64,000 nt of DNA from Candidatus Magasanikbacteria bacterium UBA922 (GTDB taxonomy: Bacteria > Patescibacteriota > Patescibacteriia > Magasanikbacterales > UBA922). The position numbers were made by a program, and so were the translations under genes. The stretch spans positions 3,314-67,313 of the forward strand of contig DBDW01000001.1 in assembly GCA_002293825.1 (NCBI GenBank). The letters are read 5' to 3'. Below, piece after piece: positions 56,346 through 64,000 of this stretch. The first letter of the stretch is position 1. Every line of letters begins with the position of its first letter. A model generated the notes under the pieces. That model searched no databases, was not told the origin of the DNA, and saw only the letters and a list, made by a program, of their open reading frames with translations.

Positions 56346-57545
56346 TTACGTTGTACTCACTATGTTCACTCCCGGCAATTCTTTTCCAGATAAAAATTCA
56401 AGCATTGCTCCACCACCAGTGGAAACCAAATCTACAAATTCTTCCATTTTCACCATACGAAGTGCCTGCACAGTCTCGCCTCCTCCTACCATTCCAAAAG
56501 CGTTCCCTTTTGAACGTGTAGCCACGAGACGCGCAATTGAAAGTGTTCCTGTATCATACGGTTTCTGTTCAAAATAACCCATCGCACCATTCCATATAAT
56601 CGTCGTTGCTGACTGTATATACGATGCATACATACTGATAGTCTTTGGCCCAATATCAAGTATTGCCTCATTCTTTCTACAAATCCCAAATGGAATATTA
56701 CCCAGTGTCACCACTCGAGCACCTGACCCATCGGTACGGCCCACCACTACATCAATCGGCCACACAATCGTAGATATTTTTTCAAGTTTTTGCACCTCTT
56801 CAGAGTATGCGTCATCTACCAATGAACTCCCCACCCCAAATCCACGTGCCTTCAAGTAGGTATTCACAATTCCACCACCCGTAAGTATGGTTTCAATATT
56901 TTTTTTCAAATACAAAATTACCGGAAGCTTCGTCTCCATCTTTGCCCCACCAATAACAAGTACCGAACCTTTTGTAGGCATACTACATACCCGTGAGAGC
57001 CCATCAATTTCTTTCTCAAGCAATAACCCTGCATACGAGGGAAGATACTCAGCAATACCAGTAACTGAGGGACTAGTCCGATGTGTCACCCCAAATCCAT
57101 CACTCACAAACACATCACCAAGCGATGCTAATTCTTTTGAAAAAGAGGCCGAATTTTGTTCTTCATCCTGAGAAAAACGAATATTATCGCATAATGCCAC
57201 GTCGCCAGGTTTCATGCGTGCGAGTGACTTTTCAATCTGAGAAATACGAGACCAGTTACGAGTCCGAATAATGATAACTTTTTTCTTAAGTAGTCGACTA
57301 AGTATGCGAGCAACAGGATCCACACTCAACCTAGCCACCACTTTCCCACCCGGTCGACCAATATGGGTAAGCAAAATCACACGAGCCTTGCGTTCAAGGA
57401 GCCACGTAATCGTCGGAATAGATGCGACAATGCGATGCATTTCTTCCACATTTCCTTTTTTTGAAATCGGTACATTATAATCGACCCGAACCAAAACACG
57501 TTTACCTACCAAATCTTTGACACGGGTGATAGAACGGAGTTTCAT
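56346..57545 (-). CDS. pgk: Phosphoglycerate kinase
   Basis: VLVRVDYNVP N-terminal motif, GGGA..LE C-terminal motifs. Confidence 0.93.
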   Translation of the reverse strand: MKLRSITRVKDLVGKRVLVRVDYNVPISKKGNVEEMHRIVASIPTITWLLERKARVILLTHIGRPGGKVVARLSVDPVARILSRLLKKKVIIIRTRNWSRISQIEKSLARMKPGDVALCDNIRFSQDEEQNSASFSKELASLGDVFVSDGFGVTHRTSPSVTGIAEYLPSYAGLLLEKEIDGLSRVCSMPTKGSVLVIGGAKMETKLPVILYLKKNIETILTGGGIVNTYLKARGFGVGSSLVDDAYSEEVQKLEKISTIVWPIDVVVGRTDGSGARVVTLGNIPFGICRKNEAILDIGPKTISMYASYIQSATTIIWNGAMGYFEQKPYDTGTLSIARLVATRSKGNAFGMVGGGETVQALRMVKMEEFVDLVSTGGGAMLEFLSGKELPGVNIVSTT

Positions 57546-57618
57546 ACATGATTAATCAAAATTCATAACTCAATAACTCGCAATAAAACATACACGTGAG
57601 CCGATACTTGCATAATTG

Positions 57619-58605
57619 TTATTTTTTCCCAGCAATTACCGCCATTTCTACCAATCGATGTGCATACCCCCATTCATTATCATACCACCCAACCACTTTT
57701 ACCAAGTTGCCATCCACCACACGTGTCAATTCAGCGTCCACAATTGCTGAATAAGGATTGCCAATATAATCACTCGAAACAAGTGGTTCAAATGAAACTG
57801 CAAGTATGCCTTTTAAATACGTTTTTGAAGCACGTACATACGCACTCACAATTTCTTCAACAGTAACATCTTTTTTCAATAACACCGTCAAATCAGTCAA
57901 TGATACGGTAATCGTCGGTACCCGCACCGAAAGACCATCAAATTTCCCTTCAAGTTCTGGAATGGTTCTCGTAACTGCAACAGCAGCACCCGTTTTTGTA
58001 GGTACCATATTTTGTGCAGCAGCTCGTGCCTCACGCAAGTCTTTTGATGGACCATCTTGCAATACTTGTGAAGCAGTATACGAATGAACAGTAGTAAGCA
58101 TTGCTTTTTCTATCCCAAATTCTTTTTCCAATACCAACATCATAGGAGCTGCACAATTGGTCGTGCACGATGCATTATCAAGAATTGCTTCGCCCTTATA
58201 TTCTCTATCATTCACTCCTCGCACATAGGTTTTCAGATCTCCTTTTCCTGGAGCTGAGATCACCACTTTCTTTGCTCCTGCTTTAATGTGTGCTTTTGCA
58301 CTTTCTGCATCAGTAAATCTACCAGTAGACTCAATTACCACATCTACTTTAAGTTGTCTCCAAGGCAGTGCAGCAGGATCTTTCTCAGCAAACACTGGAA
58401 TTTTCTTACCCTTAACAATCAGATGTTTTTCATCACAAGAAACAGGAAACGGAAAATCATTATATGCAGTATCATGTTTCAGCAAATGCGCCAAAGTCCT
58501 TGTGTCAGTCAGATCATTAATCCCAACGATAGTTAGTTTTTTCTCAAATGCAATTTTGAACGCATGACGTCCGATACGACCAAATCCGTTGATGGCGATT
58601 TTCAT
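57619..58605 (-). CDS. gap: Glyceraldehyde-3-phosphate dehydrogenase
   Basis: INGFGRIGR, ASCTTNCAAP active site. Confidence 0.95.
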   Translation of the reverse strand: MKIAINGFGRIGRHAFKIAFEKKLTIVGINDLTDTRTLAHLLKHDTAYNDFPFPVSCDEKHLIVKGKKIPVFAEKDPAALPWRQLKVDVVIESTGRFTDAESAKAHIKAGAKKVVISAPGKGDLKTYVRGVNDREYKGEAILDNASCTTNCAAPMMLVLEKEFGIEKAMLTTVHSYTASQVLQDGPSKDLREARAAAQNMVPTKTGAAVAVTRTIPELEGKFDGLSVRVPTITVSLTDLTVLLKKDVTVEEIVSAYVRASKTYLKGILAVSFEPLVSSDYIGNPYSAIVDAELTRVVDGNLVKVVGWYDNEWGYAHRLVEMAVIAGKK

Positions 58606-58719
58606 AAAGTTGAATAATTAAAGAGTCACATATTACGTACCCCATAGCACATACCAGTTTCAATTCTCATGATACGTGATATGTGGAATGTGTTACGTGA
58701 AAATAGTATACCATATTTT

Positions 58720-59235
58720 CTATTTTCTACTCGACACTTGTTCCATCTTTTTCGAAGCTGCACACGTGAGTGCAATAGCAAGCGCATCTGCAGCATCATC
58801 CGGACTAATTTTTTTTTTGATTCCCAAAAGCATTTTTACCATAGTTTCAAGCTGAGTTTTATCAGCCCTTCCATATCCGGTAATGCTCTGTTTTACCTCG
58901 AGTGGTGTATATTCATGTACCGCGAGCCTAGCTTTGGTAAGCGTTAGAAGAATAACCCCCCTCGCCTGTCCCACTTTGATCGCAGTTGTTACATTTTTAT
59001 AAAAAAATAATTCTTCAACTGCTGCACAATTGGGTTTGTGCGTCCGTATAATTCTGATCAGTTCATCTGAAATATCTTCAAGACGCTCGACAAATGAGCG
59101 CTTAGTATCTGTTTCAATGCACCCGTAGTCAACGAGCGTATAGCGATCTCCCACACAATCAATAATACCAAAACCAACCCGACCAAAGCCGGGGTCAACG
59201 CCGAGAATACGTGTGTTTATTTGAGAATTTATCAT
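58720..59235 (-). CDS. ruvC: Crossover junction endodeoxyribonuclease RuvC
   Basis: ILGVDPGFGRVGFGI; catalytic acidic residues. Confidence 0.88.
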   Translation of the reverse strand: MINSQINTRILGVDPGFGRVGFGIIDCVGDRYTLVDYGCIETDTKRSFVERLEDISDELIRIIRTHKPNCAAVEELFFYKNVTTAIKVGQARGVILLTLTKARLAVHEYTPLEVKQSITGYGRADKTQLETMVKMLLGIKKKISPDDAADALAIALTCAASKKMEQVSSRK

Positions 59236-59400
59236 AGCATATCTTATTGTAACATGTATTCACACAACAAAACATACTATTGACAAAATATGTATATTCA
59301 CATATATTATTTGGTCTGTTTCAGTCTATCCGTATGTGTACCCTACGATACACCTATCAATAGGCTGGAAATCTCTCCAGAGCCTTATTCAGGAGTGCAC

Positions 59401-59763
59401 ATGTGTACACAATGTGAATCTGTAGAAAAACGCAAGGCACGCATCGCCTATGTCAAAAAAATGCTCATTATGGAATGTGGTGGTATACCACTTCCACCCT
59501 ATGCGACCAAGCTACTCTACATCGTTCTGAACAGAAAAGGACATATCGTAGAAATCAGGATCACCCACGCTACGACGTTCCAAGAAAAATCAACAAAAAA
59601 TCCTCCGAACAAAGATGGTGCACTGATCAACAGCATGTCGTCAGACGCACGGAGGAGGCTGTGCCCTCAATCCATCCTGCTCGCAGCGCGCGAGCTCTGG
59701 GACGGTAACGTCCAGGTACACGCTAAAAACCAGTCCGACGAAAATGTCTGGAGTGTGTACTAG
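59401..59763 (+). CDS. Hypothetical small Cys-containing protein (CTQC), GC-rich
   Basis: ATG preceded by GGAG then 6 nt; 120 aa. Confidence 0.35.
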   Translation: MCTQCESVEKRKARIAYVKKMLIMECGGIPLPPYATKLLYIVLNRKGHIVEIRITHATTFQEKSTKNPPNKDGALINSMSSDARRRLCPQSILLAARELWDGNVQVHAKNQSDENVWSVY

Positions 59764-59813
59764 ACCTGAAAACCCACACAAGCTGTCGTGGAACCTTCCG
59801 CGACAGCTTCATA

Positions 59814-59850
59814 CAAAAAGAGCGCTCTGTTACAGAGGGCTCTTTTTGTG
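59814..59850. terminator. Bidirectional terminator (AAAAAGAGC...GCTCTTTTT with inner CTCTG-TTA-CAGAG hairpin) between the hypothetical gene and yebC
   Basis: Perfect 9 bp outer stem. Confidence 0.6.
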
Positions 59851-59879
59851 CAATGTTTGCGTTATAAAAAAGAACAACC

Positions 59880-60623
59880 TTAATGAGCATTCGTATACAC
59901 CTCTTTCACATCATCGAGTTCATCAAGTGCCTCAAGCAATAATTCGAGCGCATGTACTTGTTCCTGAGACAATTCAACAACTTCCTTTGCTATCCACTCA
60001 AGTCCAGCACTATCAGGACTCACACCTGCATGGTGTAAAACCTCATTCATTGCTTGAAATTTTTCTTTAGGACCAATAAGTTCTACCCCATTTTCACTTT
60101 CACGAATATCGTCGACCCCCACATCCATAAGCGAAAGTTCAAGTTCTTCCCAGTTTTGTATTTCATTCTTCTTTTGAACACCAATTCGAAGCACTGCTTT
60201 ATACTCGAATTGCCACGCTACAGCACCCTTACTCCCGAGAGATCCTCCAGCCTTAGTAAATACATTTTTAATTTCAGTTAATGCACGATTACTATTGTCA
60301 GTTACCGATTCCACCATCACCGCTACTCCGCCCGGGCCATAGCCCTCATATACGAGTTCTTGCAACGCTGCACCATCCTTCAGCTCTCCTGTTCCTCGCT
60401 TAATCGCTCGATCGATATTGTCTTTCGGCATGTTTACTTCCTTTGCTTTATCGATTGCCAGACGCAATGAAAAATTCATATTTGGATCTCCTCCACCATT
60501 TTGAGCTGCCACCGTAATTGCTTTTGATACTTTGGTAAACGCACTTGCTTTTGCTTTGTCTGCCTTACCTTTTTTACCCTGTATATTGTGCCACTTTGAA
60601 TGTCCTGCCATAATAGGTAACAA
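59880..60623 (-). CDS. yebC: YebC/PmpR family DNA-binding transcriptional regulator
   Basis: MAGHSKWHNIQGKKG...; 247 aa. Confidence 0.9.
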   Translation of the reverse strand: MLPIMAGHSKWHNIQGKKGKADKAKASAFTKVSKAITVAAQNGGGDPNMNFSLRLAIDKAKEVNMPKDNIDRAIKRGTGELKDGAALQELVYEGYGPGGVAVMVESVTDNSNRALTEIKNVFTKAGGSLGSKGAVAWQFEYKAVLRIGVQKKNEIQNWEELELSLMDVGVDDIRESENGVELIGPKEKFQAMNEVLHHAGVSPDSAGLEWIAKEVVELSQEQVHALELLLEALDELDDVKEVYTNAH

Positions 60624-60736
60624 TAAGTATATTCAATAGTGAAATTGTAGCAAAAAAGCCCAAAAAAACAACCCCGAGACTTTACAAACCAGACGTCATA
60701 CGCTAGGATAATCTCACTTATATTTTATACATACCT

Positions 60737-61270
60737 ATGGAACAAAATGCATGGCATTCAGTCTCAATTGGAGAAAAATCTCCAGAAGTAGTACAGGCTA
60801 TTATTGAAATTTCAAAAGGGAGTAAAGGAAAGTTTGAACTCGATAAGGATTCAGGATTGATCAAACTTGATCGCGTACTCTTCTCAGCAGTTCATTACCC
60901 TACCAATTACGGCTTTATTCCTCAGACCTATTGCGAGGACGGAGATCCGCTCGACATTCTGGTCCTCACGACCGTCGACCTCCCTCCACTCTGCCTTGTC
61001 GAAGCAAAAGTAGTGGGAGTTATGGGAATGATTGATGGGGGCGAAGGGGATGACAAAATCATTGCTGTTGCAAAAGATGATCCAAACATGAAGCATATTA
61101 ATGAACTCGAAGACCTCCCACAACACACCCTCGACGAAATCAAACAATTCTTTGAAGAATACAAAAAACTTGAAAAGAAGACAGTCGAGGTCAAAGGGTT
61201 TGAAGGAAAAAAACGAGCACTCGAAGTGGTAGAAGAAAGTATTAAGCTCTATCAGAAAACATTCAAATAA
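60737..61270 (+). CDS. ppa: Inorganic pyrophosphatase (family I)
   Basis: DGDPLDILVL and D.DDK metal-binding motifs. Confidence 0.9.
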   Translation: MEQNAWHSVSIGEKSPEVVQAIIEISKGSKGKFELDKDSGLIKLDRVLFSAVHYPTNYGFIPQTYCEDGDPLDILVLTTVDLPPLCLVEAKVVGVMGMIDGGEGDDKIIAVAKDDPNMKHINELEDLPQHTLDEIKQFFEEYKKLEKKTVEVKGFEGKKRALEVVEESIKLYQKTFK

Positions 61271-61288
61271 GTTTCAGAACATGAACAC

Positions 61289-61318
61289 AAAAAACCTCCC
61301 ATTTCGGGAGGTTTTTTA
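61289..61318. terminator. Bidirectional terminator (CCTCCC-ATTTC-GGGAGG between A6 and T6) between ppa and rpoC
   Basis: Perfect stem with A-run and T-run. Confidence 0.65.
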
Positions 61319-61335
61319 ATGACATCATCAGATGT

Positions 61336-64000
61336 TTAACGCGCCACTTCTTCCGTATCAGTACCGATGGTAATCGCCTGTTCTTTGGTACCAGTTCCTG
61401 CAGGAATAAGTCGACCGATAATCACATTTTCTTTCAATCCTTCAAGGTGATCCATCTTACCAGTGATCGCAGCTGAGACAAGCACACGAGAAGTTTCTTG
61501 GAATGAAGCACTCGACAAGAATGACTGTGTGGTCAAAGAAATCTTACTAATACCCATAAGCATATCACGTCCACGGGCTGGTTTCTTTTTACCACTAATT
61601 TCTGCGTTCGCAAGCATCAGTTGTGATTTTTCCACCACTTCACCAGGGATAAGATCAGTGTCCCCCGCATCTTCAATAAATACACGTGAGAACATCTGCT
61701 TGATAATGATTTCAATATGTTTGTCATTCAAGCGCTGACCTTGTGATGCGTAAATTTCCTGGATTTCAGTAAGAACATATCGCTTTACTGCATCCTGACC
61801 TTTGAGATCAAAAAGTTCTTTCAAATCTACCGCTCCTTCAGTAAGTTGATCACCTTTTTGAATCACATCACCATCTTTCACCCACAATTTATATCCCAAT
61901 GGAACAATATATTCTTTGGTAGTCTTACCATCATAGATATAGTAGAGACGACTTCCGTCCACTCTCACTTTACCTGCAAATTCTACTTTCACTTCTTCTG
62001 AAGAAGAGCCTCGAACGATAAGCGTGTCACCTGCTGAAACTTTCTGTCCATCTGCAACTTTTACATCATCTTCACTATGAATTTCATACATTACCTCATC
62101 AATTCCATCATGGTGCACTTTGACAATTTTCTGTCCACGACGACCTTCAAAAATCTTTCGACCAGTTGGACCTGAAATAACCTTACCATCAGCATCTTCG
62201 ATCTCGACCGTACCTCCCACTTCTGAGAGCAATGCTTTACGCTTTGGAATGCGCGCTTCAAAAAGCTCTTCGACACGAGGAAGACCCTGTGTAATATCTC
62301 CACCTGCGACACCACCGAGGTGGAACGTACGCATGGTAAGCTGAGTACCAGGTTCACCGATTGATTGGGCTGCGATAACACCGACCGCTGTTCCCTTCTT
62401 CACGACGGTTCGATTTCCAAGATCATATCCATAACATTTTGCACAAATTCCTTTTGCAAGTTGACATTGCAATACAGATCGCACGTGCATCGCATTCACG
62501 TCATGTTTTTCAATTTCTCGAGCAGCGTGCTCATTTACCACATCACCCTTTTTCACCAATACCTCACCACCAACCACCACGTCTTCGAGTACGAATCGTC
62601 CCAATACACGTTCTGACAACGTTTCTCCCATCTGTTCTGATTGTTCTTTGGTAAATAGTTCACCTACCGTATCTCCACAATCTTCTTCACGTACAACTAC
62701 ATCCTGTGCCACGTCTACTAAACGACGAGTCAAATATCCTGCGTTTGCAGTTCGAAGTGCAGTATCTGACAAACCTTTTCGTACACCGTGACTTGAAATA
62801 AAGAATTCAAGAACATCAAATCCTTCCTTAAAGTTTCCTTTAACAGGGAGTTCGATAATATCTCCACTTGGTGACGCCACAAGACCTTTCATCGCAATCA
62901 CCTGTCCCAGCTGTGCCCATGAACCACGAGCACCTGAATCAATCATCGCAAACACAGACTGATCTTTGTTGAGTACTGTTTTACTATGTGAAAGCAATCC
63001 CTCTTTTGCTTCAGTCCAGATTTCGAGAATCTTTGCGTGTCGTTCTGAATCAGTCAACAAACCTTCGTTAAATTGTTCGTATACCAATTCTACTTTTTTA
63101 TCAGCCTCAGCCAATAATTCACGTTTGACTTCAATTGAAGGAAAATCATCTTTACCAAGCGAATGTCCAGATTTGGTCACATACTTGTATCCAAGTTCTT
63201 TGATCTTGTCCAAGTGATACGCGGTAGTTTCCTGACCATACAACTCGAGCAATGACTGAATAATATTACTCAAGTGTTTCTTAGTAATTGTTTCATTATA
63301 ATATGGAAGTTTTTCTGGCAATATTTCATTGAAGAAAATACGTCCAATCGATGTTTCCACTAGACTCTTAGTACCTTCAGGGAATTTTGCCATTTCAGAT
63401 TCACCCAATCGCACATTGATACGCTCTTTCAAGGTGATTTGTCGAGTTTTGTATGCGTACTTAGCTTCAGTAACATTCGCAAAATATTTCTTCACCTGTT
63501 CAGTATCAGTCTCACTATATTTGGTCAAATAATAACAACCAAGCGCAATATCCTGCTGCGGAGTAATTACCGGACTTCCAGTAGCTGGTTTCAACAAATT
63601 CTTCTCACTTGCCATCAAATTTTCAGCTTCCCATTTCGCCTGCTCTGATAATGGCAAATGTACCGCCATCTGGTCTCCGTCGAAGTCAGCGTTAAACGCT
63701 GGACATACAAGTGGATGAAGACGAATTGCTTTACCTTCGACCAATCGTGGTCTGAATGCTTGAATACCAAGACGATGCAAAGTAGGCGCGCGATTCAAAA
63801 GAACACGAGTTTTCTTGGTCAATTCTTCGAGAATATCCCACACTTCCGGTGCATTACTTTCAATAAATCGTGATGCACTTCTCACATTATGTGCAAGTTC
63901 TCGTTTGATGATTTCAGCCATGATAAACGGCTTGAACAATTCAAGTGCAATCGTTTTTGGTAATCCACACTCATCAATCTTCAGTGTAGGACCTACCACA
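61336..64000 (-). CDS. rpoC: DNA-directed RNA polymerase subunit beta' (C-terminal about 887 aa; N-terminus lies beyond the window end)
   Basis: NADFDGDQMAVH catalytic motif, trigger-loop and jaw regions; ORF open to the window edge. Confidence 0.95.
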   Translation of the reverse strand, partial: VVGPTLKIDECGLPKTIALELFKPFIMAEIIKRELAHNVRSASRFIESNAPEVWDILEELTKKTRVLLNRAPTLHRLGIQAFRPRLVEGKAIRLHPLVCPAFNADFDGDQMAVHLPLSEQAKWEAENLMASEKNLLKPATGSPVITPQQDIALGCYYLTKYSETDTEQVKKYFANVTEAKYAYKTRQITLKERINVRLGESEMAKFPEGTKSLVETSIGRIFFNEILPEKLPYYNETITKKHLSNIIQSLLELYGQETTAYHLDKIKELGYKYVTKSGHSLGKDDFPSIEVKRELLAEADKKVELVYEQFNEGLLTDSERHAKILEIWTEAKEGLLSHSKTVLNKDQSVFAMIDSGARGSWAQLGQVIAMKGLVASPSGDIIELPVKGNFKEGFDVLEFFISSHGVRKGLSDTALRTANAGYLTRRLVDVAQDVVVREEDCGDTVGELFTKEQSEQMGETLSERVLGRFVLEDVVVGGEVLVKKGDVVNEHAAREIEKHDVNAMHVRSVLQCQLAKGICAKCYGYDLGNRTVVKKGTAVGVIAAQSIGEPGTQLTMRTFHLGGVAGGDITQGLPRVEELFEARIPKRKALLSEVGGTVEIEDADGKVISGPTGRKIFEGRRGQKIVKVHHDGIDEVMYEIHSEDDVKVADGQKVSAGDTLIVRGSSSEEVKVEFAGKVRVDGSRLYYIYDGKTTKEYIVPLGYKLWVKDGDVIQKGDQLTEGAVDLKELFDLKGQDAVKRYVLTEIQEIYASQGQRLNDKHIEIIIKQMFSRVFIEDAGDTDLIPGEVVEKSQLMLANAEISGKKKPARGRDMLMGISKISLTTQSFLSSASFQETSRVLVSAAITGKMDHLEGLKENVIIGRLIPAGTGTKEQAITIGTDTEEVAR

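Noticed and set aside
1-64000. CRISPR arrays
   Set aside because: No series of regularly spaced 25-40 bp direct repeats was seen anywhere in the window. The Cas4-like gene has no cas1/cas2 neighbours.

Overview
The window is a 64 kb chromosomal segment from a small-genome bacterium, tentatively CPR/Patescibacteria-like. Reasons for that guess: weak Shine-Dalgarno use on native genes, a VKOR plus membrane thioredoxin pair, a DHH phosphoesterase, reduced biosynthesis and roughly 45% GC. Conserved housekeeping blocks sit at the ends and centre: rpsL-rpsG-fusA (277-3419), an argS-tyrS-valS cluster (42.3-48.6 kb), a glycolytic cluster gap-pgk-eno with two tandem iPGM genes (50.6-58.6 kb), then ruvC, yebC, ppa and the 3' part of rpoC. 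I identified tRNA-Pro(GGG) at 6710-6783 and an RNase P RNA (rnpB) at about 36971-37377, both on the minus strand. The middle (about 16.8-37.4 kb) is an accessory/defence island written almost entirely on the minus strand. Its genes are a PIF1-like helicase, DUF45, SRPBCC and DUF1801 proteins, an FtsZ-like paralog with degenerate GTP-binding loops, a NERD membrane protein, a Cas4-like PD-(D/E)xK nuclease, a dinD/RhuM-like gene in a cassette flanked by a duplicated gene start, an Hjc-like nuclease and a zinc-ribbon protein coupled to the end of hsdR, and a complete type I restriction-modification system (hsdM, hsdS, hsdR). That R-M system is interrupted by embedded genes: a frameshifted mazF/pemK-like toxin, a Fic protein, two small membrane proteins, and a 435-aa coiled-coil protein with two TM helices in the PrrC-like slot between hsdS and hsdR. 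A 550 bp structured, repeat-bearing noncoding region lies inside the R-M locus. Several short GC-rich patches with canonical GGAGG ribosome-binding sites are scattered through the window (7.3-7.9, 13.1-13.4, 15.4-15.6, 34.9-36.5, 40.5-41.6, 59.4-59.8 kb). They encode small Cys-rich, HTH or unknown proteins and look like acquisitions from a high-GC donor. The candidates I consider most novel are the RM-embedded coiled-coil membrane protein, the pseudo-FtsZ, the repeat-flanked dinD cassette and the frameshifted MazF plus adjacent structured noncoding region.
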